DNA of 32,000 nucleotides from Synechococcus sp. A15-28 (GCF_014280175.1 NZ_CP047931.1:720001-752000); one strand, 5' to 3'. Numbered from the stretch's first letter, positions 8,903 through 19,925 are shown. Program-made: numbers and translations. Notes: generated from the sequence alone by a model not told the origin.

Positions 8903-9411
8903 GCCCTCAGCATCGATTGCAGCCCAGCTGGGATCCGGGCTTGACCATTGCCCATCTCTCCCTGCCCCATCTGCTGTCTCAGGGTCTTGCCGCTGCCGTG
9001 CTTGACGTGGATCGGACCCTGCTGCCCGGGCGCGATGTGACCCTGCCCGATCCGGTCCTGGCCTGGCTCACGGATGCCAAACGTCGCCTGTCGCTGCACC
9101 TGTTCAGCAACAACCCATCCAGGGTGCGGATTGCAGCGGTGGCTGACCAAATCGGTGTGAGCTTCACCTGCGGGGCCAGGAAACCCCGACGGGGTGCCCT
9201 GCGACGTGTCATCGAGGAGCTTGATCTTCCCCCCGAGAAGATCGCGATGATCGGTGATCGCCTGTTCACCGACGTCTGGTGCGGCAATCGACTTGGTCTC
9301 TACACCGTGTTGGTGCGACCGATCGCCGTGGATGGTTCGCCCTGTCCCCATGACCGGGTGCAACGGTTGGAGCGTCGTTTCGCCGGTTGGATGGGGGCCC
9401 CCACGGCATGA
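8890..9411 (+). CDS. YqeG-family HAD-type (IIIA) phosphatase
   Basis: AAVLDVDRTLLPGRDVTLP...LHLFSNNPSRVRIAAVADQIGVSFTCGARKPRRGALRRVIEELDLPPEKIAMIGDRLFTDVWCGNRLGLYTVLV. Confidence 0.88.
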   Translation: MAGVSPQHRLQPSWDPGLTIAHLSLPHLLSQGLAAAVLDVDRTLLPGRDVTLPDPVLAWLTDAKRRLSLHLFSNNPSRVRIAAVADQIGVSFTCGARKPRRGALRRVIEELDLPPEKIAMIGDRLFTDVWCGNRLGLYTVLVRPIAVDGSPCPHDRVQRLERRFAGWMGAPTA

Positions 9412-10481
9412 CGCTGTGGGTGGTGAAGTTGGGCACGAGTTTGCTGCGGGGAGACACCGCTGCAACGATTGATGGCTTCGCCACCGGTATCGCCGCTGCC
9501 TTTGCCCGGGGTGATCGGGTCGTTCTGGTCAGCAGCGGAGCCGTCGGTCTCGGTTGTCAGCGGCTTCAGCTTCCCCAGAGGCCAGAGACCGTTGTCGCCC
9601 TGCAGGCGGCGGCGGCCACCGGCCAGGGCCAGCTCATGGCTCTGTACGAGCGGGCGTTGGCAAGCCATGGCATCGCTGTGGCGCAGATCCTCGTGACCCG
9701 CTCGGATCTGGCTGACCGGCGGCGATACCAGAACGCCTCCGGAACGTTGAAACAGCTGTTGCAGTGGGGTGTGTTGCCGGTGGTCAATGAAAACGACGCC
9801 ATTTCCCCGGCTGAGCTCCGCTTCGGAGACAACGACACCCTGTCTGCCCTCGTGGCCGCGGCCGTCGATGCTGATCAGCTGATCCTGCTCACCGATGTGG
9901 ACCGTCTCTATTCGGCGGATCCTCGCCTTGTGGCGGATGCCCGCCCGATCTCTGATGTGCATCATCCGCGGGAGCTGGATGCCCTCGAAGCCGTTGCCGG
10001 AGATGGTGGGCGTTGGGGCCGCGGTGGCATGACCACCAAACTGGCGGCGGCTCGGATCGCCACCGCCAGCGGCATCACGGTGCACCTCGCGGACGGGCGG
10101 GATCCCACCCGCCTCAGTGCGCTGTTGCAGGGGGAGCGCGGAGGCACGGTGTTTCATCCCCATCCGGAACCGTTGGGCAACAGGCGCAGTTGGCTGGCCC
10201 ATGCTCTGCAGCCCCAGGGGACCCTGACGCTGGATTCCGGGGCCTGTGATGCGTTGCATCGGCGCGGTGCGTCCCTCTTAATGGTCGGGATCTCCGCTGT
10301 GGATGGGGAATTCCCCGCCAATCAGCCCGTCCGATTGCATGGTCCCGATGGCTGGGAGCTGGGACGAGGCCTTTGCCTGCTCTCCAGCGCAGCTGTTCGG
10401 AGGGCTCTTGATGCGCCCCCAGCACCCGGCCCATCCCCAGTGGTGGTGCATCGGGACGCCTTGGTGCTTCACAGCCGCTGA
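9408..10481 (+). CDS. proB: Glutamate 5-kinase
   Basis: [15 protein letters not shown]...[16 protein letters not shown]...[11 protein letters not shown]...[10 protein letters not shown]...[16 protein letters not shown]; C-terminal PUA-like region. ATGA overlap with the preceding gene. Confidence 0.95.
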   Translation: MTLWVVKLGTSLLRGDTAATIDGFATGIAAAFARGDRVVLVSSGAVGLGCQRLQLPQRPETVVALQAAAATGQGQLMALYERALASHGIAVAQILVTRSDLADRRRYQNASGTLKQLLQWGVLPVVNENDAISPAELRFGDNDTLSALVAAAVDADQLILLTDVDRLYSADPRLVADARPISDVHHPRELDALEAVAGDGGRWGRGGMTTKLAAARIATASGITVHLADGRDPTRLSALLQGERGGTVFHPHPEPLGNRRSWLAHALQPQGTLTLDSGACDALHRRGASLLMVGISAVDGEFPANQPVRLHGPDGWELGRGLCLLSSAAVRRALDAPPAPGPSPVVVHRDALVLHSR

Positions 10482-10516
10482 GCGCGCCTACGATCCGGCC
10501 GCCGCCCAGCGACATC

Positions 10517-11560
10517 ATGCGTTTCAGCAGCTTGATCAAGGCCCTGCAGTCTGGTGAGTCGGGATTGCTCTGGAGTCAGCCTGGTCAGGATCCAGTGCTG
10601 TCCGGTGCCGCTGCCCTGGATCAGGCTACGAACGATCAGCTGAGTTTTCTTGAGCCTGGCAATGCGTTGTCCTCAGCTCTGAGCGACAGCGCTGTTGGGG
10701 CGTTGCTGTTGCCCGATCAGCAGGATCTGATCGACCTCGCCTCTCAGCAGAAGATCGCCTTTGCTGTGGTGTCCGACCCTCGTTTGGCCTTCGCTGAAGC
10801 CCTCGATTGTCTGCATCCCCGCATGCGCCCGCAGGCTGAGATTCACCCCACGGCCGTGATCGATGCGCGGGCCGTGGTGGGCCCCGGTACCGCGATCGCC
10901 GCCCGCGTTTGCATCGGTGCCGGCAGTCGTGTTGGAGCGGACTGCATCGTTCATCCCGGGGTTGTGATCTACGACGACGTGGTAATCGGTGACGGTTGTG
11001 AACTCCATGCCAACGCCGTGCTGCACCCCGGCAGTCGCCTGGGGCGGCGATGCGTGGTGAATTCCAATGCTGTAGTTGGGTCCGAAGGATTCGGTTTTGT
11101 CCCCACGGCCAAGGGGTGGCGCAAGATGCCGCAGACGGGGCTGGTGGTGCTGGAGGACGGGGTGGAGGTCGGCTGCGGCAGCACGATTGACCGTCCCTCA
11201 GTGGGGGAGACCCGGATCGGAGCCGGAACCAAAATCGACAATCTGGTTCAGATCGGTCATGGCGTGAGCACCGGCCGCGGCTGTGCCTTCGCGGCCCAGG
11301 TGGGCATCGCCGGCGGTGCCCGCATAGGCCATGGTGTGATCCTTGCCGGCCAGGTGGGAGTTGCGAACCGAGCGGTTGTTGGGGACCGGGCCATCGCCAG
11401 TTCCAAGTCCGGCATCCACGGTGAGGTGGCGGCCGGTGAGGTGGTGAGTGGTTATCCCGCCATCCCCAATCGCCTCTGGCTGCGCTGTTCCGCCGCCTTC
11501 AGCAAGCTGCCTGAGCTGGCGCGGACCGTTCGGGAGCTCAAACGCAACACCCCTCAGTAA
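10517..11560 (+). CDS. lpxD: UDP-3-O-(3-hydroxymyristoyl)glucosamine N-acyltransferase
   Basis: Left-handed beta-helix hexapeptide repeats; [60 protein letters not shown]...[10 protein letters not shown]...[11 protein letters not shown]. Confidence 0.93.
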   Translation: MRFSSLIKALQSGESGLLWSQPGQDPVLSGAAALDQATNDQLSFLEPGNALSSALSDSAVGALLLPDQQDLIDLASQQKIAFAVVSDPRLAFAEALDCLHPRMRPQAEIHPTAVIDARAVVGPGTAIAARVCIGAGSRVGADCIVHPGVVIYDDVVIGDGCELHANAVLHPGSRLGRRCVVNSNAVVGSEGFGFVPTAKGWRKMPQTGLVVLEDGVEVGCGSTIDRPSVGETRIGAGTKIDNLVQIGHGVSTGRGCAFAAQVGIAGGARIGHGVILAGQVGVANRAVVGDRAIASSKSGIHGEVAAGEVVSGYPAIPNRLWLRCSAAFSKLPELARTVRELKRNTPQ

Positions 11561-11592
11561 TCTCAGCGATCGACCTTCCCCACTGCATCGAC

Positions 11593-12666
11593 ATGGCCCA
11601 GCACCGCGTCGTCCTGCTTCCCGGCGATGGCATTGGCCCTGAGATCACCGCTGTGGCCCGCCAGTTGCTGGAGGCGGTGAGCGAGCGTCACGGGTTCCAG
11701 CTGAGTTTCGAAGAGCAGCTGATCGGCGGCAGTGCCATCGATGCCACTGGTGAGCCCCTGCCCGCCAGCACGCTTGAGGCCTGCAGGGGTGCTGATGCCG
11801 TTCTTCTGGCGGCGATCGGCAGCCCTCGTTTCGACAACCTGTCTCGCGACAAACGGCCTGAGACCGGTTTGCTCGGGCTGAGGTCTGGCATGCGTCTGTT
11901 TGCCAACCTGCGGCCGGTGAAGATCGTGCCCGCATTGATCGGGGCCAGCAGCCTGCGGCCCGAGGTGATCGAGGGGGTGGATCTGATGGTGGTGCGTGAA
12001 CTCACCGGAGGGATCTACTTCGGGCAGCCGAAGGGGCGGATCGAGGCCGACGGTGAAGAGCGTGGCTTCAACACGATGACCTATTCCTCAACCGAGGTGG
12101 ATCGCATCGCCAAGGTGGCCTTTGAGCTGGCCCGGGAGCGTCGCGGCGACCTCTGCTCCGTGGACAAGGCCAATGTGCTGGATGTGAGCCAGCTGTGGCG
12201 GGACAGGGTGGATGCGATGGCCCCGACCTACGGCGATGTGGCTGTGAGCCACATGTACGTGGACAACGCGGCGATGCAACTGGTGCGCAGTCCCCGTCAG
12301 TTCGATGTGTTGCTCACAGGCAACCTCTTCGGAGACATCCTCAGTGATGAGGCGGCCATGCTCACGGGCTCGATCGGCATGCTTCCGTCGGCCTCCCTGG
12401 GCAGCGATGGCCCTGGCCTGTTCGAGCCGGTGCACGGCTCCGCACCGGACATCGCTGGCCAGGACAAGGCCAATCCCATGGCCATGGTGCTGTCGGCCGC
12501 GATGATGCTCCGGACCGGCCTCAAGCTGAGCAAGGCTGCCGATGATCTTGAGGCAGCTGTGGACAAGGTGTTGGCGGCTGGCTTCCGCACCGGAGATCTG
12601 ATGGCGGATAGCTGCACGTTGCTGGGATGCCGCGCCATGGGTGAGGCGTTGTTGAAGGCTCTCTGA
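11593..12666 (+). CDS. leuB: 3-isopropylmalate dehydrogenase
   Basis: VVLLPGDGIGPEITAVARQLLEAV...LLAAIGSPRFDN...LRPVKI...REL TGGIYFGQPKGR...NLFGDILSDEAAMLTGSIGMLPSASLG...LFEPVHGSAPDIAGQDKANP. Confidence 0.97.
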   Translation: MAQHRVVLLPGDGIGPEITAVARQLLEAVSERHGFQLSFEEQLIGGSAIDATGEPLPASTLEACRGADAVLLAAIGSPRFDNLSRDKRPETGLLGLRSGMRLFANLRPVKIVPALIGASSLRPEVIEGVDLMVVRELTGGIYFGQPKGRIEADGEERGFNTMTYSSTEVDRIAKVAFELARERRGDLCSVDKANVLDVSQLWRDRVDAMAPTYGDVAVSHMYVDNAAMQLVRSPRQFDVLLTGNLFGDILSDEAAMLTGSIGMLPSASLGSDGPGLFEPVHGSAPDIAGQDKANPMAMVLSAAMMLRTGLKLSKAADDLEAAVDKVLAAGFRTGDLMADSCTLLGCRAMGEALLKAL

Positions 12667-12729
12667 GGTTGTATTGGTGAAATCGGTCCGTGATCTGGCA
12701 AACTCGCCGAGCCCGTTGTCCCTGCGCTG

Positions 12730-13632
12730 ATGTCGAAGCGTCACCCGGTCGTCGCTGTCACCGGTTCCTCCGGAGCTGGAACCAGCACCGTCAAGCGCGC
12801 CTTCGAGCACATCTTTGCGCGTGAAGGCATCACTCCGGCTGTGGTGGAGGGCGATAGCTACCACCGCTATGAGCGGATGCCGATGAAACAGGCCATGGCG
12901 GATGCCCTGGCCCGTGGTGAGAACTTCTCCCATTTCGGCCCGGAAGCCAACCTGTTCGACAAACTCGAAGAGCTGTTCCGCACCTACGGTGAAACCGGTG
13001 CCGGTCAGAAGCGTTACTACCTCCACAGCGCCGAAGAGGCTGCTGAGCACAACTCCCGTCTCGGCGTTGACCTCGGCCCGGGTCAGTTCACGCCATGGGA
13101 GGACATTCCCTCAGGGACTGACCTGCTCTTCTACGAAGGCCTTCATGGCGGTGTGAAGGGTGAGGGCTACGACGTGGCGTCCCTCGCCGATCTCCTGGTC
13201 GGTGTCGTGCCGATCACCAACCTGGAGTGGATCCAGAAAATCCACCGCGATAACGCCGAGCGCGGTTATTCCGCCGAGGCAATCGTCGATACGATCCTGC
13301 GCCGCATGCCGGATTACATCAATCACATCTGCCCGCAGTTCGGCGAAACCGACATCAACTTCCAGCGTGTCCCCACCGTGGACACCTCCAACCCTTTCAT
13401 CTGCCGCAACATCCCAACGCCGGATGAAAGCTTCGTCATCATCCATTTCCGTAAGGGAGCCCGTGAGAAGTGGGGGATCGATTTCAACTACTTGTTGAAC
13501 ATGATCCACGACTCCTTCATGTCCAGCCCCACCAGCATTGTGGTGAACGGCGGCAAGATGGGCTTTGCGATGGAACTGATCCTCACGCCGATCATTCACC
13601 GCATGATCGAAGAGAAGAAGAACCTGGGTTGA
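12730..13632 (+). CDS. prk: Phosphoribulokinase
   Basis: MSKRHPVVAVTGSSGAGTSTVKRAFEHIFAREG...VVEGDSYHRYERMPMKQAM...HFGPEANLFDKLEELFRTYGETGAGQKRYYLH...YEGLHGG. Confidence 0.97.
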   Translation: MSKRHPVVAVTGSSGAGTSTVKRAFEHIFAREGITPAVVEGDSYHRYERMPMKQAMADALARGENFSHFGPEANLFDKLEELFRTYGETGAGQKRYYLHSAEEAAEHNSRLGVDLGPGQFTPWEDIPSGTDLLFYEGLHGGVKGEGYDVASLADLLVGVVPITNLEWIQKIHRDNAERGYSAEAIVDTILRRMPDYINHICPQFGETDINFQRVPTVDTSNPFICRNIPTPDESFVIIHFRKGAREKWGIDFNYLLNMIHDSFMSSPTSIVVNGGKMGFAMELILTPIIHRMIEEKKNLG

Positions 13633-13704
13633 TTCCGATCGGTTGACAATTTGATCCCTAAGGTGGGCTCATCTGAGCAATCAGGTGGGCCCATTTCCTC
13701 TTCA

Positions 13705-13986
13705 ATGCCCTCCTTCGAGATCCGTGGTGCCGCAGGAGTGCCCGCTTCACCACGCTGGGATCGCATTGACAGCCGTGCCTTGATTCAGGCGGCGCGAGGG
13801 GTTTACTTCTCCCATCTGTCCGAAGCCACCGGCGCACGGGATCCTCTTGGGGTGGTTCTGGCGCCAGGGCAGCCCGGCGGCCGGGTTGTGTTTGAACTGC
13901 CGGTTCTTCTGCCGGAGGAGGAATTCATTGAGCTGGAGCTGATCCGGGGCCGAAGCACACGCGGGAGACGTCGATGGAAGGGATGA
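13705..13986 (+). CDS. Conserved hypothetical protein
   Basis: Good coding character between prk and the prepilin peptidase gene; ATG at 13705 (MPSFEIRGAAGVPASPRWDRIDSRALIQAARGVYFSHLSEATGARDPLG...). Overlaps the start of the next gene slightly. Confidence 0.6.
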   Translation: MPSFEIRGAAGVPASPRWDRIDSRALIQAARGVYFSHLSEATGARDPLGVVLAPGQPGGRVVFELPVLLPEEEFIELELIRGRSTRGRRRWKG

Positions 13987-14765
13987 AGTTGCTCATGGTG
14001 GCCCTGTTCGGAGCCTGCATCGGCAGTTTCACCAACGTGGTGGTCTGGCGTCTGCCTCGGCAGGAGTCGGTGGTTTATCCCGGCAGCCACTGCCCCCACT
14101 GCGGCCATGCCATCCGATGGCACGACAATCTGCCGGTGCTGGGGTGGCTGCTTCTTCGGGGGCGATGCCGTGACTGCGGCTCCGGCATCAGCTGGCGCTA
14201 TCCGGCTGTGGAGTTGGTGAGTGCCCTGCTCTGGCTCAGTGCCCTGTCGGTGCAGGCCGGTGGTGGTCTGCCGGAACCCTGGGGTCCATGGGCCGGTCAG
14301 GTGCTGGTGGCTCTGCTGCTGCCCCTGGTGCTCATCGACCTTGATCACCTCTGGTTGCCGGAGCCGCTGTGTCGATGGGGCCTGGTGATCGGCCTTCTGT
14401 GCAGTGCAGGCGCCGGTTGGCCTGTTTTGGCTGACCACCTCGTGGCAGCTGCGATGGCTCTGGTGCTGCTCGAGGGACTCAGCGGAATGGCTGAACGGCT
14501 GCTGGGGCAATCGGCCCTGGGCTTGGGGGACGCCAAGCTGGCGGCTCTCGGTGGCGCCTGGCTCGGTGCTGCCGGCATTGCAGCCGCCATGGCTCTGGCC
14601 ACGTTGAGCGGGGCCTTGGTGGGAAGCCTGGGTCGGGTCACCGGACGGCTGCAGCCGCGTCAGGCGTTTGCCTTCGGACCCTTCATCGCACTGGGGATCT
14701 GGCTGGTGTGGCTCAGGGGTGCTGACTGGTGGTGGGAGCAGTGGCAGCAGCTGCTGGGTTTTTAA
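13974..14765 (+). CDS. pilD: Prepilin peptidase (A24 leader peptidase/N-methyltransferase)
   Basis: ALFGACIGSFTNVVVWRLPRQESVVYPGSHCPHCGHAIRWHDNLPVLGWLLLRGRCRDCGSGISWRYPAVEL; CxxC pair; LVLIDLDHLWLP and ALGLGDAKLAALGGAWLG motifs. Confidence 0.93.
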   Translation: MEGMKLLMVALFGACIGSFTNVVVWRLPRQESVVYPGSHCPHCGHAIRWHDNLPVLGWLLLRGRCRDCGSGISWRYPAVELVSALLWLSALSVQAGGGLPEPWGPWAGQVLVALLLPLVLIDLDHLWLPEPLCRWGLVIGLLCSAGAGWPVLADHLVAAAMALVLLEGLSGMAERLLGQSALGLGDAKLAALGGAWLGAAGIAAAMALATLSGALVGSLGRVTGRLQPRQAFAFGPFIALGIWLVWLRGADWWWEQWQQLLGF

Positions 14766-14786
14766 TGGTGGAAACGGGCGGCTCGT

Positions 14787-15668
14787 GTGTCTCTATTCGA
14801 CTGGTTCGCTGACCGCCGCAAGGGTCAGTCCACCGGAAAGATCACCCAGGAACCTGAGGATGGCGATGGTCTCTGGAGCAAGTGCCCCGAGTGCGGCCTC
14901 GTCGTTTACGTCAAGGATCTGAAGGCCAATGCCAGCGTCTGCGCAGGCTGCGGGCATCACCACCGCATTGATAGCGAGGAACGCATCGCGTTGATTGTCG
15001 ATCCGGGCAGCTTTCACGCTCTGAATGAGGCGTTGGAACCGACCGACCCTCTGACCTTCAAGGACCGTCGCGCCTATGCCGATCGCCTTCGGGAAAGTCA
15101 GGCGGCCACCGGGCTTCGGGACGGGGTCGTCACGGGCCTCTGTCGCGTTGAAGGGTTGGATCTGGCGCTGGCGGTGATGGACTTCCGCTTCATGGGTGGA
15201 TCGATGGGATCCGTGGTGGGGGAGAAGATCACACGCCTCGTGGAGGAGGCCACCTCGCGGCGGCTGCCGTTGTTGATCGTGTGTGCTTCGGGTGGTGCCC
15301 GCATGCAGGAGGGGATGCTCAGCCTGATGCAGATGGCGAAGATTTCCGGCGCCCTCGAGCGCCACCGCGAAGCGGAGTTGCTGTACCTGCCCCTGCTCAC
15401 GCACCCAACGACAGGGGGCGTGACGGCCAGTTTTGCCATGCTTGGCGATCTGATCCTGGCGGAGCCCAAGGCGTTGATCGGTTTTGCCGGAAGGCGCGTG
15501 ATCGAGCAGACCCTGCGCGAGAAGCTTCCGGATAACTTTCAGACCGCTGAATATCTGCAGGACCACGGTTTTGTGGACACAATCGTTCCGCGCACCCAGT
15601 TGCGCAGCACCCTCGCCAGCCTGTTGCGGCTGCATGGTTGCAAGCCCAAGGAGCTCACCACCGCATGA
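14787..15668 (+). CDS. accD: Acetyl-CoA carboxylase carboxyltransferase beta subunit
   Basis: Zinc-binding [30 protein letters not shown]; [10 protein letters not shown]; [17 protein letters not shown]; [28 protein letters not shown] start. Confidence 0.95.
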   Translation: MSLFDWFADRRKGQSTGKITQEPEDGDGLWSKCPECGLVVYVKDLKANASVCAGCGHHHRIDSEERIALIVDPGSFHALNEALEPTDPLTFKDRRAYADRLRESQAATGLRDGVVTGLCRVEGLDLALAVMDFRFMGGSMGSVVGEKITRLVEEATSRRLPLLIVCASGGARMQEGMLSLMQMAKISGALERHREAELLYLPLLTHPTTGGVTASFAMLGDLILAEPKALIGFAGRRVIEQTLREKLPDNFQTAEYLQDHGFVDTIVPRTQLRSTLASLLRLHGCKPKELTTA

Positions 15669-16039
15669 AAGCCGTTCTCGTCGCCCTGTTCACGGCCCTG
15701 CAGCTTTGCTGGGTGATGCCTGCATTGGCGGGCCCGGTGGACTGGGTTGAAGTTCCGTCGACCGAGGCCGGTCTGCAATGGTGGGATCGTGGCAGCGTTC
15801 GAGCCGATCGCGACGGTCTCCGCACTGTTCTCAGCCGATTCACCCCGGCTGCCACGGACGATGGTCAGCAGCCCAATGGAGAGTTGTATGTGATGCAGCT
15901 GGACTGCGCTCAGGAGCTGTATCGCGACAAACAGGTGAATGGCATTCCACGGTTCAAGGCGGATTGGCAGGCGGCCGGTGCTGATGGGTTGATCGCTTCG
16001 GTGATCGATGCTGTCTGCAGCGAACCACTGAACAGCTGA
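15665..16039 (+). CDS. Hypothetical secreted/periplasmic protein
   Basis: Signal peptide-like [32 protein letters not shown]; ATG at 15665 overlaps the accD stop (ATGA). Confidence 0.65.
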   Translation: MKAVLVALFTALQLCWVMPALAGPVDWVEVPSTEAGLQWWDRGSVRADRDGLRTVLSRFTPAATDDGQQPNGELYVMQLDCAQELYRDKQVNGIPRFKADWQAAGADGLIASVIDAVCSEPLNS

Positions 16040-16040
16040 C

Positions 16041-17123
16041 ATGAGCCTTCAACCGATCGGCGTAGCTGTCGCCGGCCTTGGTTTTGGCGAGAAGGTGCAC
16101 CTGCCAGCTCTTCAGGCCAATGCCGATTTATCCGCCGTTGCGCTGTGGCATCCACGCCGGGAACGGTTGGACGAAGCCTGCGACCTTCATGGTCTGCGGG
16201 GCTCCGATGACTGGAATGTGGTGCTGGCCGATCCAGTTGTGGAGGCCGTGATCATCGCCACCCCGCCGGAACCGCGCTTTGAGCTGGCCCGCCGCGCCCT
16301 GGAGGCTGGCAAGCATGTGCTGCTGGAGAAGCCGGTGGCGCTGCATGCGGATCAAGCCAAGGAATTGCAGCGCCTGGCGATCGCTCGGGGGCGTTCGGTG
16401 GCGGTGAATTACGAATACCGGGCTGTGCCTCTGTTTATGCAGGCGAAACGTCTGCTGCAGGCCGGTGCTGTGGGGACCCCATGGCTGGTGAAGCTGGACT
16501 GGCTGATGGGCAGCCGGGCGGACCCCAGCCGTGGCTGGAACTGGTACTCGCAGGCGTCCAAGGGGGGCGGCGTGATCAGTGCTCTCGGGACCCACGCTTT
16601 TGACATGCTCGCCTGGCTGGTGGGTCCCGTGGCGTCGGTGTCCGCCCTCAATGGAATTTCCATTCGCGAGCGTCCCCTTCACGAGGGAGGGCTGGCACCC
16701 GTGGATGCGGAGGACGTTTCACTGATCCAAGCCCGGTTGCAGTGGCAGGGGAGCGCTGAGGCGTCGGTTCCAGCCCAGATCAACCTTGCGTCGGTCGCCC
16801 GCAACGGGCGCGGCTGCTGGCTGGAGATTTACGGCTCTGAAGGAAGTCTTGTGCTTGGTAGTGCCAATCAGAAGGACTATGTGCACGGATTTGAACTCCA
16901 TTGCACCCGGGCTGGTGAGGCTCCCCAACGGATCGAGCCGGATTCCGATCTCACCTTTGACTACACCTGGAGCGATGGCCGGATCGCACCGGTGGCCAGG
17001 TTGCAGAGCTGGTGGGCCGAGAGCATTCGCTCTGGAACACCGATGATTCCGGGCCTGGCAGAGGGTGTGGCCAGCCGATTGGCATCTGATCGAGCCACCC
17101 TGACTGCCGCTGAAGTTGCGTAA
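16041..17123 (+). CDS. Gfo/Idh/MocA family oxidoreductase
   Basis: VAVAGLGFGEKVHLPALQANADLSAVALWHPRRERLDEA...AVIIATPPEPRFELARRALEAGKHVLLEKPVAL; NAD-binding and EKP motifs. Confidence 0.9.
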   Translation: MSLQPIGVAVAGLGFGEKVHLPALQANADLSAVALWHPRRERLDEACDLHGLRGSDDWNVVLADPVVEAVIIATPPEPRFELARRALEAGKHVLLEKPVALHADQAKELQRLAIARGRSVAVNYEYRAVPLFMQAKRLLQAGAVGTPWLVKLDWLMGSRADPSRGWNWYSQASKGGGVISALGTHAFDMLAWLVGPVASVSALNGISIRERPLHEGGLAPVDAEDVSLIQARLQWQGSAEASVPAQINLASVARNGRGCWLEIYGSEGSLVLGSANQKDYVHGFELHCTRAGEAPQRIEPDSDLTFDYTWSDGRIAPVARLQSWWAESIRSGTPMIPGLAEGVASRLASDRATLTAAEVA

Positions 17124-17181
17124 CGCGGGGTAATATCGCCGCGATTCGTCCTAGACGACCTAACCCTTCGAGGATTTCACC

Positions 17182-18255
17182 ATGGCGCTCGTTCCGCTTC
17201 GGCTTCTGCTCGACCACGCTGCTGAGAACGGCTACGGCATCCCTGCGTTCAATGTGAACAACCTGGAGCAGGTGCAGGCCATCATGGAAGCGGCTGACGA
17301 GACCGACAGCCCCGTGATCCTGCAGGCCTCCCGCGGCGCCCGCAACTACGCCGGTGAGATCTTCCTGCGTCACCTGATCCTGGCCGCCACCGAGACCTAT
17401 CCCCACATCCCCGTGGTGATGCACCAGGACCACGGCAACGAGCCTTCCACCTGTTACTCCGCTGCCATCAACGGCTTCACCTCCGTGATGATGGATGGCT
17501 CTCTGGAGGCCGACGCCAAGACTCCCGCCAGCTACGACTACAACGTTGCCGTCACCAAGCAGGTGGTGGACTTCGCCCACTCCGTGGGCGTGAGTGTGGA
17601 AGGCGAGCTGGGCTGCCTGGGTTCCCTGGAAACCGGCAAGGGTGAAGCCGAGGACGGCCACGGTTTCGAGGGCGAGCTGTCCAAGGACATGCTGCTGACC
17701 GATCCAGCTGAAGCAGCTGATTTCGTCGCCAAGACCAAGTGCGACGCCCTGGCCATCGCCATCGGCACCAGCCATGGCGCTTACAAGTTCACCCGCAAGC
17801 CCACCGGTGAAGTGCTGGCCATCAGCCGCATCGCTGAGATCCACAAAGCCCTGCCCAACACCCACCTGGTGATGCACGGTTCCTCCTCCGTACCCCAGGA
17901 GTGGCTGGAGATGATCAACAAGCACGGTGGTGCCATCCCCGAGACCTACGGCGTTCCCGTCGAAGAGATTCAGGAAGGTATCCGCAACGGTGTGCGCAAG
18001 GTGAATATCGACACCGACAACCGTCTGGCCTTCACCGCTGCCGTGCGTGAAGCCGCCATGGCTGATCCCGCCAACTTCGATCCCCGCCACTTCAACAAGC
18101 CTGCTCGCAAGTACATGAAGCAGGTCTGCCTCGACCGCTACCAGCAGTTCTGGGCCGCCGGCAACGCCAGCAAGATCCAGCAGCAGAGCATCAACTACTA
18201 CGCCGGCCTCTACGCCAAGGGCGCTCTCGACCCCAAGGCTGCCGTCGCTGCCTGA
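17182..18255 (+). CDS. fba: Class II fructose-bisphosphate aldolase
   Basis: [38 protein letters not shown]...[31 protein letters not shown]...GTSHGAYKF...[10 protein letters not shown]...[17 protein letters not shown]. Confidence 0.97.
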   Translation: MALVPLRLLLDHAAENGYGIPAFNVNNLEQVQAIMEAADETDSPVILQASRGARNYAGEIFLRHLILAATETYPHIPVVMHQDHGNEPSTCYSAAINGFTSVMMDGSLEADAKTPASYDYNVAVTKQVVDFAHSVGVSVEGELGCLGSLETGKGEAEDGHGFEGELSKDMLLTDPAEAADFVAKTKCDALAIAIGTSHGAYKFTRKPTGEVLAISRIAEIHKALPNTHLVMHGSSSVPQEWLEMINKHGGAIPETYGVPVEEIQEGIRNGVRKVNIDTDNRLAFTAAVREAAMADPANFDPRHFNKPARKYMKQVCLDRYQQFWAAGNASKIQQQSINYYAGLYAKGALDPKAAVAA

Positions 18256-18274
18256 TCACCACGATCCAAGCATC

Positions 18275-18301
18275 AAAGGGGCCCTTCGGGCCCCTTTTTT
18301 T
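18275..18301 (+). terminator. Rho-independent terminator downstream of fba
   Basis: AAAGGGGCCC-TTC-GGGCCCCTTTTTTT: perfect GC-rich stem followed by a T tract, 20 bp after the fba stop codon. Confidence 0.85.
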
Positions 18302-18304
18302 GTG

Positions 18305-19270
18305 TCAAGGCAGCAGGTCCAACAAGCCCCTCCGACCATCCAGTCGTCCCATGGCTCCGAGGGGCAGCGCCTGATTGGGCAGGCCATGGCCCACAGGAAG
18401 ATTGAGCGCGAGGGGGATGCCCAGATCTCCCAATCGTTCCTCCAGGATTTCTTCCATCGTGAAATCCCCCGGAAGAATGTCGTCCTCGTCCCAGCTGAAG
18501 CGTCCGCAAGCGATGCCAACAACGTTGTCGAGCAGCCCGGCGCTGCGCCATTGCGTCAGCATCCGATCGATGCGGTAAGGAGCTTCGCCCACGTCTTCGA
18601 GCACAAGGATGGCTCCCTGCAGTGATGGCAACCAGGGGGTGCCGATCAGGTGCGTTGCCACGGTGAGATTGGTCACCACCAGAGGTCCTTCGGCCACACC
18701 CCTGCGAACGCCGATCCCCTCCAGTGATTCCACGGGGCGCCCACACAACAGATCAACCGTGCGCCGCCACTGCTCATCTGGTCCGCCGTTGGATCCATGG
18801 ATCGCTCCCGGCAGGCCGGCAGCCCACTGGGCGAGCAGCAGGGAGCTGGAATCGGAAAAGCCAAGGCTCCATTTCGGCCGCCGTGGAAAACGGAATCCTG
18901 ACTCCAGCACCCTGGCGCTGCCCCAGCCTCCCCCGAGGCTGATGACGGCATCCACACCAGGGTCATGCCAGGCCTCCAGCAGTGCTGCACGGCGATCGCG
19001 ATCCGTGCCGGAGAAATAGCGCCACTGCCCCTTGACGTCAGTCGGGATGTCCAGCAGCCAACCCTCGGCGCGGCAGCGCTCGCGCAGGGGGGTGAGATCC
19101 CTGTCTGGATCCATCCAGGTGCCAGGGTTCACGGCCCTCAGTCGGGCTCCTCGCCTCAGAGGTCTGGGCCAGGCAGCACGGCCTGGGCCTGATGCGATGG
19201 CACGGTTGGAGGCCAGAGCTGCCAAGGCTGCCGTCGCTCCTGAGATCAGCAGCGAGCGGCGGTTCGGCAT
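18305..19270 (-). CDS. S66-family LD-carboxypeptidase-like protein (MccF/LdcA type)
   Basis: RGARLRAVNPGTWMDPDRDL...DPGVDAVISLGGGWGSARVLES...LGFSDSSSLLLAQWAAGLPGAIHG...GAILVLEDVGEAPYRIDRMLTQWRSAG; TAT/signal-like N-terminus RRSLLISGATAALAAL. Confidence 0.85.
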   Translation of the reverse strand: MPNRRSLLISGATAALAALASNRAIASGPGRAAWPRPLRRGARLRAVNPGTWMDPDRDLTPLRERCRAEGWLLDIPTDVKGQWRYFSGTDRDRRAALLEAWHDPGVDAVISLGGGWGSARVLESGFRFPRRPKWSLGFSDSSSLLLAQWAAGLPGAIHGSNGGPDEQWRRTVDLLCGRPVESLEGIGVRRGVAEGPLVVTNLTVATHLIGTPWLPSLQGAILVLEDVGEAPYRIDRMLTQWRSAGLLDNVVGIACGRFSWDEDDILPGDFTMEEILEERLGDLGIPLALNLPVGHGLPNQALPLGAMGRLDGRRGLLDLLP

Positions 19271-19271
19271 C

Positions 19272-19925
19272 TCAGCTCAGCAGGCCCTGAAGCAGGACGC
19301 GACCATCGGTCCCGCCGGTGGCAGGGTCGCAGGCCCGCTCCGGATGGGGCATCAGCCCCAGCACATTGCCGGCGTCGTTGGTGATGCCGGCGATGTCCCC
19401 AACAGAGCCATTCGGATTGTGTTGATAGCGAAGGGCGATGGCATCGCCATCCTGCAGTTGCTTGAAGGTGTCCTCCGAGCATTGATAGCGGCCTTCTCCG
19501 TGGGCAATCGGCAGCGTGAGCGCTGTGTCTGTTCCGTAGTGCTGCAGCCAGGGTGTGCGGGAGCTGGCCACCTGAAGCGGTGCGTCCTCACAGATGAAAT
19601 GAAGATCCCGGTTGCGGGTCAGGGCCCCCGGCAGCAGTCCCAGCTCGGTCAGCACCTGGAAGCCGTTGCAGATTCCCAGGATCCGTCCCCCTGCTGCCGC
19701 GAAGCCGATCAGCGCCTGAAGGGCTGGGGCGAAGCGGGCAATCGCACCGCAGCGGAGATAGTCCCCATAGCTGAAGCCCCCGGGCAGCACCACGGCATCA
19801 AGGCCGCTCAGATCCGTTTCCTCATGCCAGATCCTCCGGGTGGGCATGCCGAGGCATCCTTCTGTCGCCCACTGCACATCGCGGTCGCAGTTGGAGCCGG
19901 GAAAGACAAGGACGCCGATGCTCAT
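19272..19925 (-). CDS. purQ: Phosphoribosylformylglycinamidine synthase subunit PurQ
   Basis: [20 protein letters not shown]...[23 protein letters not shown]...[23 protein letters not shown]...[29 protein letters not shown]. Confidence 0.96.
   Translation of the reverse strand: MSIGVLVFPGSNCDRDVQWATEGCLGMPTRRIWHEETDLSGLDAVVLPGGFSYGDYLRCGAIARFAPALQALIGFAAAGGRILGICNGFQVLTELGLLPGALTRNRDLHFICEDAPLQVASSRTPWLQHYGTDTALTLPIAHGEGRYQCSEDTFKQLQDGDAIALRYQHNPNGSVGDIAGITNDAGNVLGLMPHPERACDPATGGTDGRVLLQGLLS

Noticed and set aside
9300-10259. 319-aa minus-strand ORF opposite yqeG/proB
   Set aside because: Opposes conserved proB sequence; biased composition, no domain.
12088-13050. 320-aa minus-strand ORF spanning leuB and prk
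   Set aside because: Covers two well-supported plus-strand genes and their gap; the protein has no recognisable domain. Treated as a spurious antisense ORF.
13643-13648. TTGACA -35 box after prk
   Set aside because: No convincing -10 hexamer at 16-18 nt spacing; a single hexamer match is weak.
14793-15635. 280-aa minus-strand ORF opposite accD
   Set aside because: Antisense shadow of accD; no motifs.
17124-17143. CGCGG-N10-CCGCG repeat containing TAATAT upstream of fba
   Set aside because: Short 5-bp GC arms in GC-rich DNA are common, and no matching -35 was found. It could be part of the fba promoter, but I cannot support it.
16951-18090. 379-aa minus-strand ORF opposite fba
   Set aside because: Antisense shadow of a clearly conserved fba; arises from strong GC codon bias and lacks recognisable motifs (His/Gly/Val-rich composition).
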